Shown here one piece after another: positions 40,274 through 49,386 of a stretch of 64,000 nt of DNA. Source of the stretch: Candidatus Altiarchaeota archaeon (lineage in GTDB: Archaea; Altiarchaeota; Altiarchaeia; IMC4; QMZM01); the NCBI GenBank assembly GCA_038891095.1, contig JAWAEV010000003.1, positions 1 through 64,000 of the forward strand. Reading direction: 5' to 3'. The notes under the pieces are model-generated. The model had not been told where the DNA came from. It saw only the letters and a list, made by a program, of their open reading frames with translations, and did no database searches. Numbering within the stretch: the first letter of the stretch is position 1; each line of letters opens with the position of its first letter. The position numbers and the translations under genes are program-made.

Positions 40274-41507
40274 AGGTTTCATCAAAAATCCTCAAAAGTT
40301 GATTGTATTTTGCTGTTCTTTCACCTCTGCAAGGAGCACCTGCCTTTATAAATTTTGCCCCTAGGCCAACACAAAAGTCAGCTATGAATGAATCTTCAGT
40401 TTCACCAGAGCGATGCGAAACCATAACTTGCCAATTATTTTCTTTAGCAATTTTAAATGCTCTAATAGCTTCAGAAATTGTTCCAATTTGATTTATCTTC
40501 AAAAGCAAAGAGTTGCAAGCTTTCATATGAATTGCTTTTTCTATTCTCGAAACATTTGTAACAAGAAGGTCATCTCCAATAATGTTGATTTCTTTACCAA
40601 ATTTTTTATTAAATTCAATCCAACTTTGCCAGTCATCTTGCGCAAATGGATCTTCAAATGAAATTATACAATATTGATCAAGCAAAAGTCTATACTTCTC
40701 TATTAATTCTTGCGGCCATAGTGAATTTCCTTCAACAAGGTACTTACCTTCATTAAAAAATTCTGATGCTGCACAATCCAACCCAAGTTTTATCTTATCC
40801 TCATAACCTAAGTCTTCTAAAACATGCGTTATTAACTCTAAAGGTTCATCAATCTTCCTCATTGGAGGAGCAAAACCACCTTCATCACCAACATTTATTG
40901 CTGTTTTACCATAACGTTCTACTATAAACTCTTTCAGATTTTGATAAGCTTCGACACAAATTCTTATTCTTTCCCTAAAATTTTCCTCCTCAATTGGAAT
41001 TATCATATATTCTTGAAAATCTAAGCTGTTACCAGCATGTTTGCCGCCATTGATAATATTCATTGCTGGAATTGGTAGTGAGAAAATTTCATTATTTGCT
41101 AATGCACCAATATATTTGTATAGGGGCACTCCTTGTTCAATTGCTGCAATTTTTACAGTAGCAGTACTCACGCTAAGAATAGCATTTGCTCCTAAATTTG
41201 ATTTATTTTCAGTTCCATCAAGTTCTATAAGCAACTTATCAATTTCTTCTTGGTTTCTACAATCTAAACCAACAATTTTTTTTGCAATGACATCATTTAC
41301 ATTTTTTACAGCTTTTAAAACACCTCTACCATTAAATCTATCATCTTTGTCTCTTAACTCAACTGCTTCATGTATTCCAGTTGAGGCACCAGATGGAACA
41401 TCCGCTATTGCAAAATTTTTTTCTGTTCGAATTTCAACCTCTACTGTTGGATTACCACGAGAATCAAGTATCTCTCTAGCTTTTATTTTTTTAATTTGAA
41501 AATCCAC
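40263..41507 (-). CDS. eno: Enolase
   Basis: REILDSRGNPTVEV, PSGASTG, GDEGGFAP, SHRSGETED, ERTAKYNQL; GTG start. Confidence 0.97.
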   Translation of the reverse strand: MDFQIKKIKAREILDSRGNPTVEVEIRTEKNFAIADVPSGASTGIHEAVELRDKDDRFNGRGVLKAVKNVNDVIAKKIVGLDCRNQEEIDKLLIELDGTENKSNLGANAILSVSTATVKIAAIEQGVPLYKYIGALANNEIFSLPIPAMNIINGGKHAGNSLDFQEYMIIPIEEENFRERIRICVEAYQNLKEFIVERYGKTAINVGDEGGFAPPMRKIDEPLELITHVLEDLGYEDKIKLGLDCAASEFFNEGKYLVEGNSLWPQELIEKYRLLLDQYCIISFEDPFAQDDWQSWIEFNKKFGKEINIIGDDLLVTNVSRIEKAIHMKACNSLLLKINQIGTISEAIRAFKIAKENNWQVMVSHRSGETEDSFIADFCVGLGAKFIKAGAPCRGERTAKYNQLLRIFDETYGK

Positions 41508-41523
41508 TTTGAATTTTATATTT

Positions 41524-41542
41524 ATTCATTTATCAAATGAAT
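41524..41542. promoter_or_regulatory. 8-3-8 inverted repeat between enolase TATA-like box and start
   Basis: ATTCATTT-ATC-AAATGAAT. Confidence 0.4.
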
Positions 41543-41590
41543 TTATAAATCTTTTTTAGTTTTATAGTTATAATGCATTAAATATTAATT

Positions 41591-41667
41591 ACCCCCTCAT
41601 AGGGTCACCTATGCTGAGAGATGACATAGTTATATAGATCAATGAAACTTGGAGTTAATGAGGGGGT
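41591..41667. ncRNA. Candidate structured RNA (strand unresolved)
   Basis: Perfect 10-bp terminal stem ACCCCCTCAT/ATGAGGGGGT and internal hairpin CATAGG-GTCA-CCTATG. GC-rich within an AT-rich intergenic region. Confidence 0.5.
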
Positions 41668-41905
41668 CATAATAGCTCTATATTCTTAAAATTCAAGAGT
41701 ACTATGAAAACTTTTTTCTAATAACATTTTGTTTATCTTTTTAGAAATACACAAATGAAAAAGCATAGTGATAATACAACTGGTCAACCTAATGAAAAAT
41801 AATATGGAAACCAAGAATAGTAAAATTCAAATAATCAAAATGAAAATGAAATATAATAAGTAATTAAGAAGATTGGAAAATTATAAACTTAACTCTAAAT
41901 TTAAA

Positions 41906-43135
41906 ATGTTCATTGGTATTGATGATACTGATTCAAGAAAAGGTGGTTGCACAACATATATTGCTGCTTTACTATGTGAAAAACTTAAAGTTGTTGGTTA
42001 TCCAAAGCTGATTCGTTTAAATCCAAATATCCCTTTTAAAACTCGTGGCAATGGTGCCATCTCTCTTAAAATTTTTAATGATGATAAAAAGGCCAAAGAA
42101 ATTGTTCTTGAAACAGTTGAGAAATTTTCAAAATTTCCAGATGATGACACAAATCCAGGAGTTGTTTTTCTTTCTGATATAAATTTCAGAAAAAATAAAA
42201 AAACCTTAGAAAAATTTTACTTGAAAGCAGTTTCAGAATTAGTAACAATGAAAGAAGCAGAGAAAATTGCAAAAAAAATAAATGCTGAAGTTTACAAATT
42301 CAAGAATGGCAGAGGTATTATTGGAGCATTAGCTGCAATAGGTTCAGAATTAGAAAATGATAAAACTTACGAGCTTTTATCTTATAGAATTCCTGAAAAT
42401 TATGGAAAAAAAAGAAAAATTTTTAATAACTCTATTTTTGAGATGAATGAAAGGACATTTCCTGAAACTTTTGACAATATTGATTTTGAGACAGGAGAGA
42501 TAAGAATATTACCTCATGGCTATGATCCTGTTTTCTGTGGCATAAGAGGTGAAACTCCAAATGCAGTTGAAAGTGCTTGGAAAATTTTAAAACCTTTGGA
42601 GAAAATTGAGAGGATTCAAATTTTCGAAACAAATCAAGCAACTGATGCTCATCTAAGAGAAAAAAAAATTTCAAATATAAAGCCTTATGATTGCGTTGTC
42701 ATTGATGCAATAGTAAGAAAAAAACCAAAGAAAATCTCTGGAGGTCATGTTATCTTCGAAATTGATGATGGCACCGGAAAAATTGATTGTGCAGCATATA
42801 AAAAAACTGGTAATTTTAGGGATTTAGTAATGAAATTAACTTCTGGAGACAAAATAAGAGTTTTTGGAGGAGTTGCAAAATACATAAAAACAATAAATTT
42901 AGAAAAACTTAAAATTTTAAAATTGAAAAAAATTTTCAAAAAAGAAAAACCATATTGCTGCGGGAGGGTTATGACATCTGCTGGAAAAAACAAAGGTTAT
43001 AAATGTAGAAAATGTGGTAAACGAGCAATTAAAGATAAAATTTTAGAGCTTAAGAGAGATTTAAATCTTGGCTTTTATGAAGTCGCAGTTAGAGCAAGAA
43101 GACATATAGCAAAACCTCTTATTAGAATGAAGTGA
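41906..43135 (+). CDS. tiaS: tRNA(Ile2) agmatinylcytidine synthase
   Basis: IGIDDTDS..GGCTTY, RLNPNIPFKTRGNGA, GRGIIGALAA, TNQATDAH, OB fold, Zn ribbon. Confidence 0.95.
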   Translation: MFIGIDDTDSRKGGCTTYIAALLCEKLKVVGYPKLIRLNPNIPFKTRGNGAISLKIFNDDKKAKEIVLETVEKFSKFPDDDTNPGVVFLSDINFRKNKKTLEKFYLKAVSELVTMKEAEKIAKKINAEVYKFKNGRGIIGALAAIGSELENDKTYELLSYRIPENYGKKRKIFNNSIFEMNERTFPETFDNIDFETGEIRILPHGYDPVFCGIRGETPNAVESAWKILKPLEKIERIQIFETNQATDAHLREKKISNIKPYDCVVIDAIVRKKPKKISGGHVIFEIDDGTGKIDCAAYKKTGNFRDLVMKLTSGDKIRVFGGVAKYIKTINLEKLKILKLKKIFKKEKPYCCGRVMTSAGKNKGYKCRKCGKRAIKDKILELKRDLNLGFYEVAVRARRHIAKPLIRMK

Positions 43136-43220
43136 ATCTTAAATAAAATTAATTCGCAGTTCGCTTGGAATTTAGCTGAATCTAAGCTGATGGCTAAGAA
43201 GCCTCAAAATTTACTGATAT

Positions 43221-43329
43221 CGGACCCGGCGGGATTTGAACCCGCGACCTCCGGATTTCTTCCATATTTCTTCTAAAAGAAAATTTTAGCTAGAAGTCCG
43301 GTGCCCCGTCCAGGCTAGGCTACGGGCCC
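43221..43329 (-). tRNA. tRNA-Arg(TCT) with 34-nt canonical intron (43257-43290)
   Basis: GGGCCCG/CGGGTCC acceptor stem, CCGGA-CTTCTA|A-TCCGG anticodon arm, GGTTCAAATCC T arm. Bulge-helix-bulge formed by CTTC/GAAG. CCA not encoded. Confidence 0.95.
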
Positions 43330-43360
43330 TTAATATATTATTAGATTTAAGAAAATTATA

Positions 43361-43945
43361 TCAGAAAAGAAAAATTATGGAAATTATTGTTAAACTAAAT
43401 GGGACTAAAAAGTTATCATCTATCTTAGGCAACAACTCTACTAAGCCTCCAATTATCGCAAATGTTATTGCTCTTGAAAAATCAACAAAAATTATTGCAC
43501 CAAAAAAACTTGAAAAAATAAATGCTAAGAAACCTTCAATTGTTTTTTCTCCAATATTGTGCTTTCCATAAAATTTTCCAATTAGAGTTGAGAATGCATC
43601 ACCAGTGCTAATAACAATTATAATTGCACATGCAACATTTATTGAATTTATAAAAAGAATTGGAAATAAAATTCCAAGACCATACCAAAAAGCACCTTTA
43701 AATGGGAAATTAATTATGTTTTCATCCCTTTCAAAATGGTAAAGAATATGATTAATAATCTTTATTTCAGGAAAAAATTTTGGAATGAGTAGCATTAATA
43801 TCAAGGCTATTATCAGCGGAATTGCTGTAATTATTTGACCTATAATAGGCCTTAGAAAATAAACTGCAAAAGTTATCGATAAACCTAAAATTAAATGAAA
43901 CATCTGCCTTTTAAATTCCAAATTATTGCTGTTTTTTTTAGACAT
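43361..43945 (-). CDS. SEC59/dolichol-phytol kinase family membrane protein
   Basis: RQMFH, FER, GDAFSTLIGK.YG, KTIEG, IDDNFLVP. Confidence 0.85.
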   Translation of the reverse strand: MSKKNSNNLEFKRQMFHLILGLSITFAVYFLRPIIGQIITAIPLIIALILMLLIPKFFPEIKIINHILYHFERDENIINFPFKGAFWYGLGILFPILFINSINVACAIIIVISTGDAFSTLIGKFYGKHNIGEKTIEGFLAFIFSSFFGAIIFVDFSRAITFAIIGGLVELLPKIDDNFLVPFSLTIISIIFLF

Positions 43946-43950
43946 TCTTA

Positions 43951-45198
43951 CTATTCAACTTTTTCCCATCTATTATATGCTTTTCCTTTTAAAAAATCAT
44001 AAAATGCCGGAAATGTGTGTAATGATGAAACGAATATTGTATATGGAAAGTAAAAGAATAAAGCAAATAAATTTCTCATATCATATTTGAATCTTATTAA
44101 CATCATGAATGTATAGAGTAGATATAAAACAAATAAAGTAAAAGCAGCTATAAAATATAGATCCATTCTGTAAAAACCAGTAAAAACCCTATAAGCATAC
44201 TCTATCATACCATAGGCAGAAAGCCATGAAAAAAAATATCTAAAAACATCAATGCTTATAACATTATTTTTAGAGAAGAAGTATGTAAAATAGCCAGATA
44301 TCATCGAAAATAAAATTGATGGTATGTAAACGCTGCAATGAATATACCAATAAAATTGGGTACCCATACCATATAAAAATCTAAAATTTTTGAAGAATAA
44401 CTTTTTATGTTTCTTCAAAACTTGTAATCCTCCGCGACCCCATCTTATCCTTTGCTTAATTAATCCATTTATACTATCCGGAACTTTTGTCCTTATTGTT
44501 GCATCCGACATTGCTACTCTATATCCATTGGCTCTGAGTTTCAATCCAACATCCACATCTTCAGAAAGAGTATCTGTTGAAAATCCACCTACTTTCCATA
44601 GAGCTTCTCTTCTAAAGGCCGCAAATCCTGGTAGCATATATCCTGCATCAATCTTATCACAAATGTATCTCCAACTTGATGAAATCACATAATCTAAATC
44701 CTGAAACCATGTTAGAGGATTCCTACTCAACTTTGCTCTTATAACTCCTCCAACTGCCATGACATCCTTATCTGAAAACGGACTGCAAATTTTAGTTAGG
44801 CCATCTTTTTCAATTTCTGAATCTGCATCTAGGATCAGTAGAATTTCATTTTTTGCTTTTTTAATTCCAAAATTTAATGCTTTTGCCTTTCCAAGATGTG
44901 GAGTATTGAAAAATTTAACCTCATTATGGTTTTTGCAAATTCTCATCAAAATATTTTCAGTGTTATCTGTTGAACCATCATTAATCACTATGACCTCCTT
45001 CTCTTTAGGATATACTGCTTCTAAAATACTTTTTATAGTTCTCTCTATACTCTTTTCTTCATTATGAGCAGGAATTACAATTGAGACATCATAAAATTTC
45101 TTCTCATACTGCCTTTTTGGTAATAGATAAATTATTATCCAAGATATGTAGAGCCCAGATAAAAAGAAAAATAACAATGTTAGGATTGTGTTATACAT
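43951..45198 (-). CDS. GT2 processive-type glycosyltransferase
   Basis: IPAHNEE, NDGSTD, GKAKALN, LDADS, SED, QRIRW; C-terminal TMs. Confidence 0.9.
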   Translation of the reverse strand: MYNTILTLLFFFLSGLYISWIIIYLLPKRQYEKKFYDVSIVIPAHNEEKSIERTIKSILEAVYPKEKEVIVINDGSTDNTENILMRICKNHNEVKFFNTPHLGKAKALNFGIKKAKNEILLILDADSEIEKDGLTKICSPFSDKDVMAVGGVIRAKLSRNPLTWFQDLDYVISSSWRYICDKIDAGYMLPGFAAFRREALWKVGGFSTDTLSEDVDVGLKLRANGYRVAMSDATIRTKVPDSINGLIKQRIRWGRGGLQVLKKHKKLFFKNFRFLYGMGTQFYWYIHCSVYIPSILFSMISGYFTYFFSKNNVISIDVFRYFFSWLSAYGMIEYAYRVFTGFYRMDLYFIAAFTLFVLYLLYTFMMLIRFKYDMRNLFALFFYFPYTIFVSSLHTFPAFYDFLKGKAYNRWEKVE

Positions 45199-45243
45199 TT
45201 TGCATTTAATTAATGTTTTTTTATTAATTATAGTTAGATAGCA

Positions 45244-45741
45244 ATGGAGAATGAACAAAAAAAGATAGAGTATGCAACTTTAAGGCAAAGAATTTATGCA
45301 TTACTTATTGATCTATTCTTACTGATGCTTCCAATTTATTTAGTAACAGTTGTTGTTTGGGATTTTGCTCTTATAATATCAGAGAAAAATTTTCCAGAAA
45401 TTTATAATGAAATGCAAAGATCTATGACATCGCCAACACCATATATATTACCAGAACTTAGCATTATCTACTATATCCAAACAATTGCTGCATTTTTACT
45501 AATCGTTTTATACTTTTCCATATCTGAAGTAAAAATGGATGGCCAATCTGTTGGGAAGATAATAACTAACATAAAAGTAATTTCTGAAAATTCAAGACGA
45601 TATAACTTCAAAACTGCATTAACTAGAAATTTTCTTAGAATTTTTGATTTTCCTTTTGGTTTTCTCTTAATTTTAAAATCAAAAAAAAGACAGAGACCAG
45701 GTGATATATTCACAAAAACAGTAGTTATTGTTGATAAGTAA
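45244..45741 (+). CDS. RDD family membrane protein
   Basis: RQRIYALLID, GQSVGK, RN.LR.FD, QRPGD..KTVV. Confidence 0.88.
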   Translation: MENEQKKIEYATLRQRIYALLIDLFLLMLPIYLVTVVVWDFALIISEKNFPEIYNEMQRSMTSPTPYILPELSIIYYIQTIAAFLLIVLYFSISEVKMDGQSVGKIITNIKVISENSRRYNFKTALTRNFLRIFDFPFGFLLILKSKKRQRPGDIFTKTVVIVDK

Positions 45742-46981
45742 AACTTTTTGGTGTTCTATGCCACCACATACTCTTGTTTAGAGTTGCTTTTATAGTAGCA
45801 ACACTAAGTGCAATAACCATTGTAATCCCAATGATGAATATAGCCAAAAAAGATGATGGAAAATTTTTCAAAGATTTTTCTTTTAACATTGCTATAAGCA
45901 TAGAGAATGCAAAACCCATTGTTATTAAAAGTGTTGTTAGAAATCTTATTATATCTTCAAATTGAATCTGTTTATGTCCACCAGTGATCCAACCCATTAT
46001 CCCAAAAAAAGTCATTCCAACTATGAAAAATGAGAAATAGCTACCTAAGGTTATAAAGCCAATTGGAATTCTCTGTCTAAATGAAAAATTTTTTGAAAAT
46101 ATTTTCTCACTATTTTCTATGAAGGCTCTAACCATTCCATAGCTCCAACGCATTTGTTGTCTTAAAAATCCTCTAAGTGTATTAGGAACTTCACCAGGAT
46201 TTACTAAATCTTTTAAAAATTTTATTTTATATTTTTTATGCATAAGTTTAATGCTTAAATCAGCATCTTCTGTTATTGAATTTTCATTCCATCCATTAAA
46301 TTCTTCCAAAACATTTCGCCTTATAGCTAAACCTGTTCCTCCAAGGAATGTAACTCCCATATTCGAGCTTATATTCATTACAATGTTATAGTATATCATC
46401 AATATGGACGAAGCATACTTTGTTATTATATTTTGTGTGGCATTCAAAAAACCCATTTTTGACTGAACTGCAGCAATCTCTTCATCATGGATTAATGGAT
46501 CAATTAATTTTCTTAAAAAATTTCTACTTGGTGCGAAGTCAGAATCAAATACAACAATAATCTCCCCTTTCGCATATTTCATAGCAGCATTTAAAGCACC
46601 AGGTTTAAAGCCATTTCTTGTGCTTCTCCTGATAATGCTAATATTGCTTCTACTTCTACAATTTTTTACAACTGCATCAATCAATTCAATTGTTCTTTTG
46701 TCATCACTATCATCAACAACTTGAATCTCATATTTATTTTTTGGATAGTTAAAATTTATACAATGCTCAATACATCTTACCACAATAGGATCATTATAAA
46801 CAGGTATTTGTATTGTTACCATCGGTAATCTATTTTTCTTTAATTTCATATTCTTTTCATTTTCTATTCTTTCTCGTGGTAGAATTTCTGCTAATGCTGC
46901 AATATAGAAAACAAGTGAGAGAAATACAACTGGCAATAAAAAAGTGTGATACAATACTAAGGTCAGTGAATGTATGTCCAT
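45725..46981 (-). CDS. GT2 cellulose/glucomannan-synthase-like glycosyltransferase
   Basis: TIQIPVYN, QVVDDS, GFKPGALN, FDSDF, TEDADL, QQMRW, W.RTPK. Confidence 0.9.
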   Translation of the reverse strand: MDIHSLTLVLYHTFLLPVVFLSLVFYIAALAEILPRERIENEKNMKLKKNRLPMVTIQIPVYNDPIVVRCIEHCINFNYPKNKYEIQVVDDSDDKRTIELIDAVVKNCRSRSNISIIRRSTRNGFKPGALNAAMKYAKGEIIVVFDSDFAPSRNFLRKLIDPLIHDEEIAAVQSKMGFLNATQNIITKYASSILMIYYNIVMNISSNMGVTFLGGTGLAIRRNVLEEFNGWNENSITEDADLSIKLMHKKYKIKFLKDLVNPGEVPNTLRGFLRQQMRWSYGMVRAFIENSEKIFSKNFSFRQRIPIGFITLGSYFSFFIVGMTFFGIMGWITGGHKQIQFEDIIRFLTTLLITMGFAFSMLIAMLKEKSLKNFPSSFLAIFIIGITMVIALSVATIKATLNKSMWWHRTPKSFTYQQ

Positions 46982-47038
46982 TTTATTATTTATTTCTATA
47001 ATATCAATATATCAACCTAAGTTTAAAATATCTATGAT

Positions 47039-47707
47039 ATGAAAAAAGTATATATTGTAGCAGCAGTTCTTTCAATATTTTTTTATCTAATAGGACTATT
47101 TTCCGGTTTGTTTATAGAAAGATCAATTTTTAGCTATACTGAAGATAAAATAGGTATTCTCCAGAAGGAAATAAAGCAATCTGATGAAATTTATTCATCT
47201 CTAAATAGAAGGCTTTTAAGCTTGCAGTTAGAACATGCTTATCTAAGTATAATTGGCAAAGATTTACAATGTAGCTCTTTATCTACATTAGTCCAAGATA
47301 CAACAAAAAAAGTTTGGGAATTAGGAAAAGAACTCAATGAAGAAAATCCAAAATTTGATGAGTTGAGAAGAGATTATGCTTTACTTTCAATAAGAGCATG
47401 GATTCTTAATAATTATGTGAAGGAGAAATGCAGGAATAATGTTACAATAATTCTTTATTTTTACTCAGTTCCATGTGAAGATTGTATTAAACAAGGAGAA
47501 ATATTAGATAAGTTAAGAGAGGAAAAATTCAAAGATAAAATTTTGATTTTTGTTTTAAATTCCGATTTAGACGAGCCAATTGTAAATACATTAAAAACAG
47601 CATACTCAATTAAAAAAACACCAAGTTTGGTTATTGGTGAAAAAACCTATTCTAATCTAATTTCAGAAGAAAATTTAACTAAGATAATTTCTGGAGAATT
47701 AGGATGA
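47039..47707 (+). CDS. Membrane-anchored protein with coiled coil and thioredoxin-like C-terminal domain
   Basis: N-terminal TM, LYFYS..CEDC..QG.ILD, Y.I.KTPSLVI. Confidence 0.75.
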   Translation: MKKVYIVAAVLSIFFYLIGLFSGLFIERSIFSYTEDKIGILQKEIKQSDEIYSSLNRRLLSLQLEHAYLSIIGKDLQCSSLSTLVQDTTKKVWELGKELNEENPKFDELRRDYALLSIRAWILNNYVKEKCRNNVTIILYFYSVPCEDCIKQGEILDKLREEKFKDKILIFVLNSDLDEPIVNTLKTAYSIKKTPSLVIGEKTYSNLISEENLTKIISGELG

Positions 47708-47940
47708 ATCTAAAGGAATTTTTTAAACTGAATAAACAAGATATTTTGTTATCAACAGTTTTATCTTCAGTTATGTTAGAGTTACCTCGTATAATGCTAA
47801 AAAGTCAAGACATTTTTCTATATTCTTTTTGGTGCGATTTATATAAATTATAAAAATGGAAATACTATCCTCAAATTCTTCCTTATCTTTTTCAGAATTT
47901 AGATTTTTATATGTTTTTAGTCGTTGTGAGGATATAAAAA
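47704..47940 (+). pseudogene. Possible decayed small membrane protein
   Basis: ATGA overlap with the upstream stop. MNLKEFFKLNKQDILL... ends at 47853; a hydrophobic fragment continues in another frame. Confidence 0.3.
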
Positions 47941-48030
47941 ATGATCGTTCTCCGCATCTCGAAATAAATATACTGAAATTCAAAGTACAAGTATCAACAT
48001 ATACACAGAATAAAAAAGATTTAATTTAAA

Positions 48031-49341
48031 ATGGCTTTTGAAAATCTAAGCGAAGGTTTAAGAAATGCAATAAACTCTCTTAGGAAAGCTGTAGTACTTG
48101 ATAAAAAAACTGTTAAGGAATACACTAAGGAGATACAGAAAACTTTACTTTCTGCAGATGTAAATGTAAAACTTGTTTTTGAATTAACTAAGAGGATTGA
48201 AGAGCGTGGTCTTTTGGAAAAGCCACCTGGAGCATTAACAAAAAAGGAAAATTTGATAAGAATAACCTATGAAGAACTGGTAAATTTACTTGGCGAAAAT
48301 GTCTCTTTAGAGCTTAAAGATGGTCAGAAAATTTTACTTGTTGGAACTCAGGGTTCTGGAAAAACAACTACAGTTGCAAAATTGGCAAAATTTTTAAAAA
48401 AGCATGGTTTTAACCCAAAGATAATTTGTGCAGATACTTTTAGAGCGGCAGCATATGAGCAGTTAAAGCAATTGAGCCAAGAAATAGATGTTTCATTTTA
48501 TGGAAATCCAAATGAAAAAAATGCTATAAAAATAATAAATGATGGTTTAAAAGAGCTGAAGAGTGGAATTTTTTTAATTGATTCTGAAGGTAGACATAGT
48601 TTAGATAATAAACTTATGAATGATATTAAAGAAATTTGCAAAAATATAAAAATCGACAAAACATTTCTTGTTTTAGATGCAACAATTGGTCAAGCAGCTG
48701 GAGAGCAAGCAAAGGCATTCAAAAATGTTTGTAATGTTGATGGCATCATCCTAACAAAACTTGATGGAACTGCAAAGGGAGGTGGTGCGTTATCAGCATG
48801 TAAAGAAACTAATACATATGTTTATTTTATTGGTACGGGAGAACATATTGATGACTTTGAGGAATTTAATGCTAAGAGATTTGTATCAAAGTTATTGGGT
48901 TTTGGAGACATTCAGGGGTTATTAGAAAAAGCTAAAGAAGTTAAAATTGATGAAGAATCTGCTGAAAGATTTATTAGCGGTGAATTTACCTTAGTTGATC
49001 TGCAACAACAAATTGAACAGATAAGTAAATTAGGGCCATTGAAAAAAGTTATGGAGATGATGCCTTTTGGCTTTAACATACCTAAAAATTTGCTTGAAAT
49101 TCAGGAAGAAAAACTTAAAAAATTTAAGGTTGCAATGCAATCAATGACTAAGGAAGAAAAGGAAAATCCGGAAATTATAAGAGGTTCAAGAATAGAAAGA
49201 ATTGCAAAAGGTTCAGGTATTAAACAAGAAGAAGTTCGAGAATTATTAAGCTATTATAAAAAAATGAAAAAACTCACAAAGATGATGAGCAATGAAAGAA
49301 AGATGAAAATGCTAATGCAAAAGTTTGGTATGGGTACTTAA
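48031..49341 (+). CDS. srp54: Signal recognition particle 54 kDa protein
   Basis: LLSADVNV, GTQGSGKTTT, DTFR.AA..QL, TKLDG.AKGGGALS, SMT..E, SRI.RIAKGSG. Confidence 0.96.
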   Translation: MAFENLSEGLRNAINSLRKAVVLDKKTVKEYTKEIQKTLLSADVNVKLVFELTKRIEERGLLEKPPGALTKKENLIRITYEELVNLLGENVSLELKDGQKILLVGTQGSGKTTTVAKLAKFLKKHGFNPKIICADTFRAAAYEQLKQLSQEIDVSFYGNPNEKNAIKIINDGLKELKSGIFLIDSEGRHSLDNKLMNDIKEICKNIKIDKTFLVLDATIGQAAGEQAKAFKNVCNVDGIILTKLDGTAKGGGALSACKETNTYVYFIGTGEHIDDFEEFNAKRFVSKLLGFGDIQGLLEKAKEVKIDEESAERFISGEFTLVDLQQQIEQISKLGPLKKVMEMMPFGFNIPKNLLEIQEEKLKKFKVAMQSMTKEEKENPEIIRGSRIERIAKGSGIKQEEVRELLSYYKKMKKLTKMMSNERKMKMLMQKFGMGT

Positions 49342-49386
49342 AGCATTTAAATACTAAATTAATAATAATAATTAATAATAAACGAA

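Noticed and set aside
41591-41667. Calling the element a hammerhead ribozyme, TPP riboswitch or C/D box sRNA
   Set aside because: The core is CUGAGAG, not CUGANGA, and stems I/II close poorly. The TPP 3' half is missing. There are no terminal box C/D motifs. Kept only as unassigned.
41670-41880. Hydrophobic minus-strand reading with an internal TGA (possible recoding or remnant)
   Set aside because: No start or homology signal. TGA acts as a normal stop elsewhere in the window, and T-rich DNA mimics TM segments.
43150-43205. Small hairpins between tiaS and tRNA-Arg
   Set aside because: Short, GU-rich pairing; at most a terminator.
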